Shown piece after piece: positions 25,148 through 39,540 of a stretch of DNA of 64,000 bases. The position numbers and the translations under genes are program-made. Source of the stretch: Camelus dromedarius (lineage: Eukaryota); the NCBI RefSeq assembly GCF_036321535.1, contig NC_087436.1, positions 85,686,001 through 85,750,000 of the forward strand. The letters run 5' to 3'. The first letter of the stretch is position 1; every line of letters starts with the position of its first letter. Under the pieces are notes generated by a model that had not been told where the DNA came from, made no database searches, and saw nothing but the letters and a program-made list of their open reading frames with translations.

Positions 25148-27019
25148 CTGCGAGAGATGAAACATCCATCAAATCAAGATTAAGTAAAATGGGAAGTGGG
25201 GGAGCACCCATGGGGCAGCTCTATCTCCTCACTCCCTTTTTTACAAAATTGGCTGACTTTATCTGAAGAAAGCATTGCCAAGTTTGAATGAAGAAAATCT
25301 TGTTCAGGGAGATAAGAGTTTTTAAAACTCAACATTAGAATCCAATCCCCAGGAATTAGATGGTCTTTTTTGTGTTCAGTCATAGACAGGACTCAGGTTA
25401 TAAATTTCCCATCTCTTGGCACCAGGGATAAATGGGAAACAGAGAACCAAACCATTATCCCATATTACTTCAAACTCTCTAAATTAGCCTCGAGAGAGGC
25501 AAGATGAAAGAGACAAGAGACAAAGAACCAGAGCTTCTGAGATGTGTTATGGGGGGGTGGGGGGAGGGAGAGACAGAGATCGTTAACATACAGCAACTGA
25601 TGGAAGGAGGTTTAAAAAAACCAGGTTTGGTTCAGATAAACACCAATAATTTGGACGATTTTCTGAACCATCTGGACCTCTTGAGTCTGCAACATTTGGC
25701 TGGAGAGTCTTCAAGATTTCTAGTACTTCCTGCTTCTGATTAGCATAGAAACACCATGACAACAATCTCCTTCAGAGTGTGCTGGTGGTTCCAACCCCAT
25801 ATGGGATCCCAAAGCACAAAGAACACTACATAGGATTGAACAATTTAGGCCATTATTTCAGGAAGTTAAAAAATATATGTATGGGGCCAAGGTTTTAGAA
25901 ATCAGGCAAAGTGGCTCATTTTTTTTTTTTTTTCACATAAAGGGGCATATGCTCTAGAGGAACCAACAAGAGGTAGTTTGTACTGCACTTTACTGCCACT
26001 TGAGGCTACTCAAAGTTTACAGGATTAAAAAAGAAATTAAAAAGCCTCACCTGGGGTTTAAAACTTCAGCCAGAGGTATAGAAAAGCACTTTAAGAGACA
26101 TAACTGCCCGTGAATAATAGTATTTACCGAGGTCTCCTTGAAGGCCCAGAGTTAAGCTTGGGAGACACAGTCTTGACTTCTCAAAATGTAGGGGATGTAG
26201 TGAATAAAAAGGAAAGAAACAACTGCAGAAATATAAAGTAGAAGGGACTGGGCATGATGAGTATGATTCCTGCTGGGCTGGGTGAATCCGGGAAGTCTTA
26301 ACAACACTTGGAAAGAAGAGGCGAGACACGGCAGAGGATTCTATTCTGGCTGTAAACCACACCAACTCTCCTTAAAGAAACTTGAAGCCCTTGACACATC
26401 CTTCAAATTCAGAATGGTACCAGTAATGAAAGAGATGAAAATAAGGTGCCGAATTTTTTAAAATGTGCTAGAGTAGCTGTGCCTTTTTATAGCATGATGA
26501 GTTAAGGAAAAAAGACAAGGTATACAGAAATGATTCAGAGATAGATGGCCAGAAACCTACGTGCAGAGAGCTGTTGGAGTTCTCTGCCATTCTGTTACAG
26601 GTTTTACAGGAATTTACTGTGACAACCTGGCAGGCCTTCCCATTTTCCCCATAAACAATGTCTCCCTGTAAAGATGCATACAGTACCCAGCTCAACAGTG
26701 AAAAGAGAATGACATGGGAGAATAGAACACGATAATAGAAACAGGCACAGAATGCATTCAGTTGAACAGAACTAAAGCTAAGAAAAGCACTAAAGACGCA
26801 TTTTTAAAAAATCAACAAAAATTCAAGTTCAACGCTATTTGAATCTTTAAAAACTCAATTTGAACTTTCTGAACCGTTAATCACATTCAAATGATTTAAT
26901 AATTCTGATTTTGCACCTCAAAGTACCTCAGCTCACTTTTTTAAAGAATCATCCTTGATTGCAAACCCTTATGACCCCATGAACTGCCTGTCAACAGCTA
27001 TTTATGTAAATCAGCCTTA

Positions 27020-27181
<162 letters not shown>

Positions 27182-28371
27182 TTAAAGAAAAGGTTAGAAA
27201 GAGGTGAGATAAACAGACCATGGAGCCTCCCATAAAAAGACCCAAGGGTGATCACGGCCACTCACATTCAGGTTCAATGCTCAGCCTACTCAGGACCAGT
27301 ACAACCCTATCTATTAAGACTGCTTAGCAAAAAGCAGCGTTCTGTGGAGTAAAACTAAAAAATCTTTTTACCTGAATTTCTGAGTGATTAGGGGCCAGGC
27401 ATGACTGCTGGTTTCAGACAGGAGTTATGGCTTTCACCATTTTATTATTATCAAGCTTCCTACATGAATTCTGTGATTCACTTGTGTTTACAGTGGGGGC
27501 TTCACGCCTTCTTGGTAACGTTATTATGGAAATGATGCTCAGCACAAGCACAAACTGCGGCATAATAGGAAAACCAGCCATCAGAACAGCCAGCTGAGAC
27601 TGGAAGGTGGGGGACACCCTGGAATAATGGGCATCACCTGTGTGCAGGACCCCATCAGTCAAATTTTTTTCTTTGGTGCCAGGAATGCCTGAAAACTGCA
27701 GCTCAGAAGTTAACAGGCAACTAATTAACTCAGGCAGAAATCTCTCATGAACAATTCATGATGTGGTGAAGCAACATTTATGGAGGCTGTTTTAAGACAT
27801 ATAAAGCTGTCAACTTCACCATGGATCTTTCCAGATCTTGAGGAATGGCTCATCTTACCCATCTTTGTTCTTTTCAACCAAAATGCTTTCTGGAAACATC
27901 ATAGAAGCCTTGATGGGAGGCTTGGCTAATGAAAGCTTCCGAATTGGACATTTGTTTTTTATAGAAGTGAAGTGTTGGCTCATTTGGTGTCTTTTTGAGA
28001 GCTGGTGGGCTTAGAGGCCTATTTTTAATTATGGTATGCAAATGAGCATTAACCCTTTTGTGACTAAATATGGTCCGACAAAACATAAAAGCTTGTAAGA
28101 TAAAAGAAAAGCCTTCTGGGTGAGATGAGACATTCTTGAGATAGTCAAGAGGCCAATGTCAATGGGACATACGTGACAGTGATGAGGATATGTCCTAGGC
28201 TGTCCCATCTCAGGATGATAAAGCCAAAATTTACATTCTTAAGAACCACAGCCCACAGGGTACGAATCTAGCAAGATGCTGACCACCTGGGTAAAAATCT
28301 CGCAAGAAGTTTATAATCAAGCATTGTCAAAACCATCAAAATATCCCCTCTTTTGATTATTTGACCGATCA

Positions 28372-28530
<159 letters not shown>

Positions 28531-28533
28531 TTA

Positions 28534-28752
<219 letters not shown>

Positions 28753-28909
28753 TCATTTGTGTCATTTCAAAACCAATCAAGGAATTAGGGACACATTTGT
28801 CTAGATACACTTCCTCTGAAGTATGCTTGATGCCAAACCTATCAAAGGTGGTGAAATTGCACAAAAGACACTTACTGTTTCAGGTGGAATAAAACAAAGG
28901 AAGTTATTA

Positions 28910-29158
<249 letters not shown>

Positions 29159-29198
29159 TCATTACCGCGTTCAGGGCAGAGAACAAATAAACTGTTAC

Positions 29199-29305
29199 CT
29201 GTAAATATTTGTATGTAAGAATCATCACGATGATACACATTATACCAGCTGCGATCACAAAACCAATCAGCAAAGGCGTGAACAGGGTATGGGCTTGGAT
29301 TTGTT
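29199..29305 (-). CDS. KIT: KIT exon 10 (107 nt), transmembrane helix
   Basis: tttag|AACAAATC...TTACAG|gtaac; encodes [35 protein letters not shown]. Confidence 0.98.
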
Positions 29306-30201
29306 CTAAAATGAAAGAGGAGCCCGGAATCACAACCTGTGAGCAGGGTCAGATCTTCACCACCTCCCACCAGTAAGCCCCTCAGGGCAGCCATCGAACC
29401 AGGTGTATCTGAGCTCCTTGCCTTATCATCTTACTCTTGTTATTCAAAGGAATCTTTTAAAATAACAGCTTTAAACCAGACAAGTGTGGAAAAGAAGCTG
29501 AGATTTCCACAGTGCAAGAATAACGTTATGCCATTTGTCAATGAAAAGCGACACCTGGACAAACTTTGTACTTGAAATGCCTGCCCTGAACTTTAACACG
29601 TCTCCTCTATGGATGGTTTACAGTTTCTTCTTTATGCTTTCCTCTATTTTTCAGATTTTCTACATTGAGCATGAATTTCTTTCACAACCGAGAAAAACAT
29701 TTGGAAAGTGTTCTTTTCACTGCCCTGTCTGAAAAAAAACCTATGATGAAGAACAATGTGAGATTCTTCCCCTCATTACTCAAAAAAACTGAACATACCC
29801 CACTGTTGGCACTCGCCTTTGCCAACTCAAGAAAACAAAAAACCAGTCTTGTGGATGTTCGTGCCCAGTTTCTTTGTCTCCTGACTTCACACCAATTCAT
29901 CAATTCGTCACAAGGACCATTTAACTTATGTTAGGAGAGCTGGTCACTCATGAATCAAATTTTACAGACATTAATGAATTAGCTCACGGAGATTATTTCC
30001 TAGAAGGTAGTGTTAACTTTCTGAAACAGTCTGACAATGTGTTAAAATAATTGATTTTAAATAACAATTTAAATAATGTTTAAATGAATTTAAAAATTTC
30101 AATTGCCCTATTTCTGTTTCTGTTTGGTATAAGGTAAGTCTATTTCCCCCATCTTCTTTCTCTACCCCTTCCTAATAGAAACAGCTGGAAATACCCAATT
30201 T

Positions 30202-30208
<7 letters not shown>

Positions 30209-30240
<32 letters not shown>
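30209..30240. repeat. (AC)16 microsatellite in intron 9
   Basis: Seen directly in the sequence. Confidence 0.92.
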
Positions 30241-30244
<4 letters not shown>

Positions 30245-30477
30245 ATGCATACATACATACATGAATACACAAAGTACAGAGAGTACATGGTTAAAATTAC
30301 CACAGACATTTTAGTAACTAGTACAGAATGAAACTTGGTGAGTTTGGTGACAGTCAAATGTGCAATGTTGGTATTACCAGAAATGACATGGCCCATGATG
30401 GAATGGACTTAAAATCATGATTGACATGGCAGGCAGAGCCTAAACATCCCCTTAAATTGGATTAAAAAGAAATATAC

Positions 30478-30671
30478 CTTTGCTGTTACCTTTAAATGCA
30501 AAGTTAAAAAAGGCAGAACTCTTGCCCACATCGTTGTGAGCCCTACATTCCACTGTGCCATTGTGCTTGAACGCACTGTAATCGATGGAGCTGTGAATCA
30601 CCAGTTTCCCAAACGGGGATACAGAGGAGTTTTGTATCTGCACATCCACTGGCCCGATGGGAACGGAACAT
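30478..30671 (-). CDS. KIT: KIT exon 9 (194 nt long form; 182 nt short form ending at 30490)
   Basis: cctag|ATGTTCC...; two donors, TTTAAAG|gtaac and AGCAAAG|gtatat; encodes [11 protein letters not shown]...FNFAFK(GNSK). Confidence 0.98.
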
Positions 30672-31324
30672 CTAGGGGGAAAAAAGAGCAGCCCAGACTT
30701 ACTCTAGGAAAAGTAATCAATCAAACACATTGGATTTGGCATACTTCTAAAACCAAGTCGGAGGTTCGTGACCTGACATTTCCTTTTACAACGGACAGTG
30801 TGTGATGATGAATGGGCACGTCTGTGGCACGGTGGGCAGAGAAGCACTTGGAAGACGAGAAAGAGGAGAAGCGGTTTTGGTGTGAGATGTGCCTTTGAAA
30901 TCCTGACTCAAACACCTGTTCTGTTGACTTCTGACTAGTGCTAAAACTCTCCAAGACTCAGTTCCCACAGCCGTGAAACAGGGATGGCAATATCCACCTT
31001 GGAGGGCTATTGAAAGGAATGAAATAAGAGGGCGGGCTCAGATCCTTTATAAACAAAGGACCTTTATAAATAAAGTAAAAAATTGTGGAAGGATGTCTGA
31101 AAGGTTAAAAAGGAGGAGCGTGGAGGAGGAAAGTGAAAAAAAGAAATTCTAAAAAAAAAATTTAAATCAAATGATGAAAGCAGTGGCTTCTGAAAAGTAG
31201 TTAAAATAATACTTTAAAGGAAAACCAACATCATAAACAGAGTCCCTGTGGATTCACTAAGAGATATTCATTCCCAATTATCCTCATTTCCTTTCAGTTT
31301 TAAAAAAAAATTAAAATTTACTTT

Positions 31325-31470
31325 CATTCTAGTTTTATTGAGATAGAACTGCCATACGGCACTGTAAGACGTTTAAGGTACACAGCATAATGGTTTGACT
31401 TACATATGTCATGAAAGCATTAACATAATACATTTAGTGGACATCTATCATCTCCTATAGATACAAAATA
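31325..31470 (-). mobile_element. L1MA-type 3' end fragment
   Basis: ttttattgagatagaactgccata...gtttaaggtacacagcataatggtttgacttacatat. Confidence 0.65.
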
Positions 31471-32690
31471 AAAGAAAAAGAAAAAAAATTAAGTCTACAA
31501 GGACGAAAACAGGACAACCCCCAAGCCCCAGAAGCAAGGACCCTGCGGCTCCAGGCTCCGTGCAGGGAGACAGAGGTTGTGCCGCTGGCTTGTAGCCCAG
31601 ATGGAAAACCATCAGAAGCTAGACTCACACGACCCTATTTTAAATTACCCCCCCATATGCATAGCAATTTTCTATTCCCTTGCCTTGCTTTACTTTTTCC
31701 CTTAACACTTAACACTTGCATGTGGTAGTTATCTAACTCGCCTGCTGCCCACCTCAATGCACTAGAATATAAACTCACAAATGGACTCAGATGTGCTGTG
31801 CTCACTAGACCCACGTCGGGCATACAGTTGGCACTCCATGAATATTTGCTCAGTGGATGTCTGTAACTACTGGGGTTGATTCCCCTGTGGGCAGACTTTC
31901 CAGGGGTCTCAAACCCCTCTATTGCTCCCCAAAGAAAATACTCCACTCAAACTCAGACGAAAACAACAATCTTATTAACCTCTTCCAACTTGTTGTTGAT
32001 TAAAAAAAAAGGTCTATTCTGTGAAAAGTGAAATTTCTATCATCATCCTGACTGTTCAATTGTGATGTTACACTGGGCTTTAAAGCCTGAGCGTAGAATA
32101 GCATTTGATGGATAAAAACAGCAATGCTGACCCCGTTTTCATCTTCAGGTAATGTGAAAGGACAATTTAAGGCTTAAGTGTGGATGGTGAGGGAGAGCAG
32201 GTACAAGGCCAGATGTGCTCTGCTCAGGAGCTGAGCACCTAATCAAGGAGAAAACCTTTTTAAAACACAGCTTCCCAGGGCCGTGTGTATGTGGTAATTG
32301 TACGATCATTACTTTTTGGTAACTTGGCAATTAACTTTTGAGGCACTTTTTTTCATGATAACTACAGCCACATTTCCCACACACGTTACTTTCCGTGGAT
32401 AGATTGGAAATCTAATTACTCTGTCCTGGAAAATTGCTTTATCTACCTGCAGGCTGGAAATTACATGATAAATCCAAAAGATAACCACCAAAATAGAGAA
32501 GTCATTCAGTAATCATTTTTCAGCAAACAAAATTAATGTCTACCAAGAAAAATATAGCAATTAGGCCCTCTAAAAAAGCCACATGAATAGAAAAAAATTA
32601 ATCAAAACAAAGCTTTTTTTTAAAAAAAAAAAAACGGAATGGCAGTCATTTCTTTATGCATGCTAAGAGGTACCCAAAATAATCACCTCA

Positions 32691-32861
<171 letters not shown>

Positions 32862-35800
32862 TCACTCCACTCTTTCCGATTCCTTAAAAACTTTCTCGAG
32901 GCTAAAGAAGACCCTGAGGGAACATGTTGTTCAAAGGGGGAAATCTGAACCAATGAGTGGAAGGCAGGGAGGTGGATGTGAGGGTCTGACCAAGAAAGAA
33001 CCCCCCACCTCTGCAGCGCTGCCCAGCCCCCGCTCCACCCAGCACATTGTCCATCCTGTAACTGCGAGGCTCTCCGAGATCTGCCTGGCTGGGGTCGCAG
33101 GACCACCTGACAGGTTTCTGTTCCAGGGAGGGGGAACTCTGAAAGATGGATTTTATTTAGGACTCCAGGATTCCCAACTGTTTTAAAGGTGGAAATCCAG
33201 TTTAAAGGATGCCAGCCATCAGGATTTCAAATGACTGAACTGCCACAGGAATTTCAAGTTATTGCAGGAAGTGGAATAGATCAAACTAGGAGGAGTTACA
33301 GGAAAAGAGAAGCCCCCCAGGTCGCCCTCGAGTAATTTCCTTGTTTGAGAGGCAGGCGTCTGGAGGGGGTGGTGCGGATAAAGATCTGAACTGCCCTTTT
33401 ACAGAGAAGCCAAAACATAAGAGTGAAAGAATACGGGCTTTTAACTCCAAATTTTTATTTCAAATGCAAAATATGAACAGAAAATTTAACCAGCCCAAGA
33501 GTTTTATTCATACATCTATCTAAACCTGAGTACAATCACTGAAAAAGTAAACTGTATCAGCAGGAATGCTCTAATTTGACATTTCTGTGTAACTATAATA
33601 ATCAACTGATATTCAATCAAGGGTGCCGTAAAGCCCTGAAAATTCTTGAGGTTATTTCTAAAGTGAACGGAAGATGAACTTACGTTCAGTTGTTCTACTG
33701 GTCACATATCTGAAGGATTCTAACCCTTTGAGAATGAGCCGGCTACACTGAAAGCATCTGGTGACAGGAACGGTGATGTGCTCACTCTGTATCCATGGTG
33801 CAGCATCTGCTGCCACCAAGTCTGAGTACAGAGCGACGGGCGGCCGTGCGTGTGGCAGGCAGACCTGCACACCAGCCCCGACACCCAGAGCTGCTCTGCC
33901 CTTCACCAAGTCTCCTCGTATGTCCAATGGGAATAATAGTACCCATTTCATAGGGATGTTGTGACAATTAAATGAGATGGAGCACACAAAGAACCAAGAA
34001 TGATGCACAGAAATGAAACAATAAATGTACTGATTACGAATTTATTAATGACTAGTTTATTAATGGTCCAGTTACGCTTTTTTATTCAGAGTACCTACCC
34101 TCCTCCGTTAATCAAGTCTGCTACCAATTAAGTTAACTGTACTTGTCACTAAATATTCTCCTCAGTGATCTGAAAATTGATTAAGATAGCATGAGAATGT
34201 GCATGTGTTTTAACCTGATGCGTTGGGAATTTGACATCAATTATCTTGCAACTGATAGGAAAAATATACATGGTCAAAGGAAAAGACTGACAGATCGGAA
34301 GTTTATCTCCTCAAAGGAAGGTAACATTGGTAAATGACATCTTTGTGGAACAACCTCTCAGCACCTCACCTCCTGGTGGCAAAATGGCTTGGCAGAGATC
34401 AGTGTCCACATGCGTGGCACACCCACCTGTCATTCAACCTGGCCCTGCTGACGGGCAGGCCATTTGGCTAAGACCCACAAAAGAGCAACACTCCAAAAGC
34501 AATCTCAAGGTAGGGGCATCCTTGAGAGTCTGGATCCAATGCCAGCTTTCACAAATAGAGCAAGAAGACAAGCCATCGTCTTGCGAAAGCATCCATCTGG
34601 CAAGTTTCATTTAATTATCGTAGGCAACTGTGTGATTGGGCTGAAAAGTAGGACATAACACAGAAAACAGTGGAACTTTGGGAGAATGCTATATGCTGAA
34701 GACTGCAGGCGCCATACGGCGGGTGTCTCTGGACTCAAGTCAAGTGTCATCTCCTTCTCCAAGCCATCCTCACTCTCCAAAGCCACGTGGGTTAGTCTCG
34801 CCTCCCTGTTCTGGAAGCACTTGTGGATACCTGATGCTCTTCTGCCACATCGTGGTCTGCCTCTACCATTAGACCGTACATTCTCAAGGGCAAGAACAGC
34901 GCCTTACTGACTGCACCTCTGACTCCTAGCAGAGTCTGACCGATGGCAGGCACACGATAAGAGCTGTTCGGTGATTAAGTCTCCCCCAAAGGAACAAGGC
35001 CCTCAGATCCCAAAATAATTCTGTTAGAGTCACAAGAAGGGACCTGGAAGAAAAGCCTAATGGTGACTTTCCCGTGTAGGGGCACAATTTACATTATTTT
35101 TGCAGTGGTGGGCATGAGATGAGAAATCCACACATATCCCTGGCTGTGTGAATTTTCTTCCATACTGAGATTAATGATGAGGGGAGGGTCTATGAATGGA
35201 GAGTAAAGATAACTGGGTAGGACTCAAGGGGGAATTAACTTCCTGATATCCATGTCCTTATACTAACCTTTCTTCTGTCCCTCATTCTTCCTAATGCTAC
35301 ATAATGGATTTTCAGTGGAATTCAGTTTTAACCCAGTAGGAAAAAAAGGGCTGAAAGGATGCCTTAAGATGTTCACAGTGGTCATCTCTGGTAGTAACGG
35401 GTTGAGGATAGATTCTATTTCATTCTTTTGACTTATTTTCTCATTTTTTTCTTACAATGAACACATAGCTAATAATGACCCTATAAAACATTTTTCAACT
35501 TAAAAAAAATTGGAACAGCTAAAAATTACATAATCAATTACATTTAGCTTTGGGTACAACTGCTCTCAGAGCCAAGCCTTCCAGCGTGACACCTGGTGGC
35601 AGTTATACAACGGCCAGGGCTGGCAAGGGGTGGGGTCCGGCTGGCCTACTTGTTTCTGCCTGCTGGCTAATTAGGCAGATTTTTAAGCCACTATCGCAAC
35701 CGTTACCTGAGGAGTAGCTCTTGTCCTGGTGAATCTTAGGCTGGCAGAAGGTCCCTCAAACTTCGATGAGCATTTGAAGCACTAAGAGAAGAGGTTAAAA

Positions 35801-35899
35801 TGCACATTCCTGCCACCTCCCCCCCACAGCCCCTGGAGATTTAGTAAGCTGAGGATCTTAGCCAGCAATGGGCTTTTTTAGAGAATCTTCAAGGGACCC

Positions 35900-36075
35900 T
35901 ATCAGAGCCTTACCTCACTAAGGTGAGGCAAAGAAAAGCATCTAGGGTGAGGAATTGAAGAAGGCACCCACCCACCTTCTAGGTATTGCAAATATAGGCT
36001 AGCACCGTGATTGAGCCCCTCCTTGAATTTTACACCCTAGGCAACTCTCTTGCCTCATCCTAATTCCAGCCCTGT
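35900..36075. mobile_element. MER91-like hAT remnant
   Basis: Inverted ends aaggtgaggcaa...tctagggtg and caccctagg...ttgcctcatcct. Confidence 0.55.
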
Positions 36076-37319
36076 CCCTAACACTGGTGACAAGGACCTC
36101 ATTCTGAAAAGGATAAATTACACGAGTACAGTTTGGGCTGTACGTGGCAAGTTGCACTAGGAAAATGTTTAATGCATAAAGAATGAGCTAGGTTTAATTC
36201 TGATTCCTAAAAATGAAAATCTGGGCTCATCTGCATTTTCTAAGTGCCTCAATGCACCGTCTAAGTCATTAAATATACATTTTGCTTTTAAAGATTCCTA
36301 ACTCCCTGCAATTCTCCAGGTTAAATCTGAGCTGTGTTTTCTTAGATATTCTGCAATCAGCAGTACACCAAATGACACATTCCCTAATTCCTCCCAAGTT
36401 GGAGGTTTAGATAAGCCTAAGAGGTGTATAAGTTATGTATTTCCTGTGGAGATAAAAAACAGCCTTGTCTCCTTTCAACGTGCCGTGGACCTGAGTCATT
36501 CTGGTGTCTCCAACAACACGGATCAGCCTGTGGCAGATTTCAGAGTACTTATAATTATAACCCTTCTGAGAATTTATTGCTCATGCAATTAAAAATCCCA
36601 ACCATTTGCTGATTTACCCCCACAGATATATGATCTTAAAAAAAAAATTATTTCACCACCATCAGGTCCATAAGGAAGGCAAGAACAAATCAGATTTTAA
36701 AGAACACAGTACAGATAATAGGAGCTGGGAGTGCGTGGTGGGAGGAGGTACCCAAGTAACGGGGGAAGCTCTGTGTACAATTGTTTACTCACCCTAACCA
36801 CCTCTACCAACTCCTGCTACAAATGCACATTTGACCACACTATATAATCAGCAAAGAACACAGACGTAAGTCTGCATATAACAGAAGACTAAATGAAGGG
36901 GGATCATAAGGATAAATGTGTTTTTATGATTGTAGATCTGATGAGATTCAATGGCAATACAGCAATACTTAGTAGCAATTCGTCACTATCCTTTTTTGGG
37001 TCTGAGTCAAATCCACATTCCTGCCATAGTATCATTATAATAAAGGAATTAAAATCAACTAAAACAGAAGTAAAAAAAAAAAACTCAAGTTAACTTTTAC
37101 TTATAAAAGGAATATCGTACTTTTCAAAAATCCTCAGAATAGATATTACAGGAAATGCATTTTGGTTTATACATTCTTAAAGATACCCAGAAACTGGCAT
37201 ATGGGCACTTTCATAGAAATTTGGTTAACAAACACAACAAAACTTCAACTACAGTCTCCTGCATCTGCCTATGTTTAGCAGAGTGTCTATCATTGTAAAA
37301 ATGAAGTGATGTTCTAAAT

Positions 37320-37655
37320 GAGGGGTAAGCAAACTTGCAATGTAAAGAATGAGACAGTAAATAAGAGTCTCTCTTATAAATACTCGATCCTGCCATTACA
37401 CCACAAACATAGCCATAGATGTGTGAGCAAATGTGCGTAGCTGTGTTCCAATAAAACTTTATTTATGGACACTGAAACTTGGCTTTTATATTCACTTCTC
37501 ACAAAATCTGATTTTTTTCAACCATTTTCTCCCACCTCTGAAAGAAAGGAAAAGAAAGGGAAAAGGAAAAAGGAATTAATTCTTAGTTTATGGACCATTC
37601 AAAAATAGGATACCTGTCAAATCTGGCCAAAGGGTTACGGTTTGCCAATCTCTGT
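37320..37655. mobile_element. MER58-like hAT-Charlie element
   Basis: aggggtaagcaaact ... gctgtgttccaataaaactttatttatggacactgaaa ... gtttgccaatctctg. Confidence 0.8.
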
Positions 37656-39405
37656 TCTAAACAACTATCAAAAAGATCTTCTAATCCTTAAAGTCATTTT
37701 TTTTAAAATGACGAAAGTACCTGGAGAAAGGCTTCCTCAGCCAGAATCACGGTGCTCAATTTATACGAGTACCCTTGTCGGGCGATCCAGACAGGGAAGG
37801 GGGAATACGCACACACATCACAATGCAACTCTGCTTGCTGCCAAGGGATCAGGCATGTGATAAAATGGTATATTTTTCTACTCTGTCAAAGTAGTGAATT
37901 CATTTTGCCTCATAATTCAGAAATAGAGAAGAGTTACTGACACAATGTCCATGGAAAAATTATGTACCTACTCTTGGATGAATTTAAATTTCCACTAAAT
38001 TATAGGTGACACTGTATACATTTGCAAACGAAGGGGGCTAATTTGATGTAAAAACACATGTGGCTCAATTGGAAAGGAGATTTCCACAGAGTAGAAGTTC
38101 CACTAATGTGAAAGTTACTACTCATGCTATTTTTAGAAAAGTATGTCCCAGGTCCAGGGTCAAGACTCGCCAAAGATTTACATGGTTATATACCTAGGTT
38201 TTTTCCTCCTGCTTTTCCACCACAGACATGAAATAATGGCCAGACCACACCAACAAAGGGCCTAAGGATCCAGACAGGTTACCCTGCCCTCCAAATGGTC
38301 AGCATTTAAATAGATCCCCCAATTAGCAACAGACCCCACCAGACCTCTTATGAGACATGAAGAAAAAATGATGCCAACACATTTCCTAAAATCTTTTCAG
38401 AATATAAGAGAATCAAATCCTACTCTGGAAGTAGGTTGCCATGATATCCCTTTTTTCTTTCAATTTAAATGTCTATAGCAATTCTTGCATCCAGAAAGAT
38501 CCTCTGCATAAGGAGGAGATATTAAAGTGTCACATCAAAAAACAACACTCATAACTCCCAAGCAATTTGAGAACAAAAACTCATCTCAAGTTCAGGAAGA
38601 GAAAATAAAACCAGAGTTCAGACACTGTCAAGTATCTCAAATTATCTATGAAAAGATTAATGTAGAAAGACAAGCAACTATTTTTACATAGATTAGCTAC
38701 CCATACTAAGATCTGAAAATTATTCCTTCATTTGGAACTGTCCTGAGAGCCAGCACAGCACATCTCCCATGACATATGTTCAAGACACAGGAGCAGGAAA
38801 GATAATGACAGATGATAACCTCATTGACTTCCAGGCACTCAGGCGAGGTCACTCACTTCAGATTAAACAAGATAATTGTAAACTTTAAGTAATCGTTTGA
38901 TGGTTTCTTTAAAAACTCAGTCACATCATTTCAGAGCCCCACCTCGTATACCACAATGTCTCAAATGGCATCAGATATGGGTTCAAGAAATTACAAAACA
39001 TCCACGCAGTGAGATGCCAAAGTGATATCGTAGAAGAAATTTTATGGCATGGAAAGTTGCTTACAATGCATTCACTGTTCCACACCAAAACAAGGTGAGC
39101 AAAAGAAGCTCATTTGTGTCCCTCCCCCAAAAAAAACAGTTTAAAAAAATGGCCTGTAAAAATACACATGAAGAGACATCTTAGCACTCGTAATCCATAA
39201 AATGCAAATAAACTTTAAAAGGCACAATTAAAACTTGTTTGATTCTTATTTTTGCTTATTTATATTTTCTAGCTATTCTATTCTTCACATAACTTTTTTA
39301 TAAGAAGAAAAAATTACTTTCATCTAAAAACACACGCATACAAATGTTTGCACAAACCTTACAGCAAACTCTCAAAAGCAAGTAAATAAATCAGAAAGGA
39401 GTTCT

Positions 39406-39540
39406 TGGGGGAGGGTATAGCTCAGTGGTAGAGCGCTGCTTAGCATGCATGAGGCCCTGGGTTCATTCCCCAGTACTTCCACTAACAAAAAAATCCAAAA
39501 CAAACAAACAAAAAAACCAAAAACAAGTTTTCTAAAAAAA
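39406..39540 (+). mobile_element. tRNA-derived camelid SINE in intron 7
   Basis: gggggagggtatagctcagtggtagagcgctgcttagcatgcatgagg..., A-rich tail, TSD core ggagttct at 39398-39405 and 39545-39552. Confidence 0.9.
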
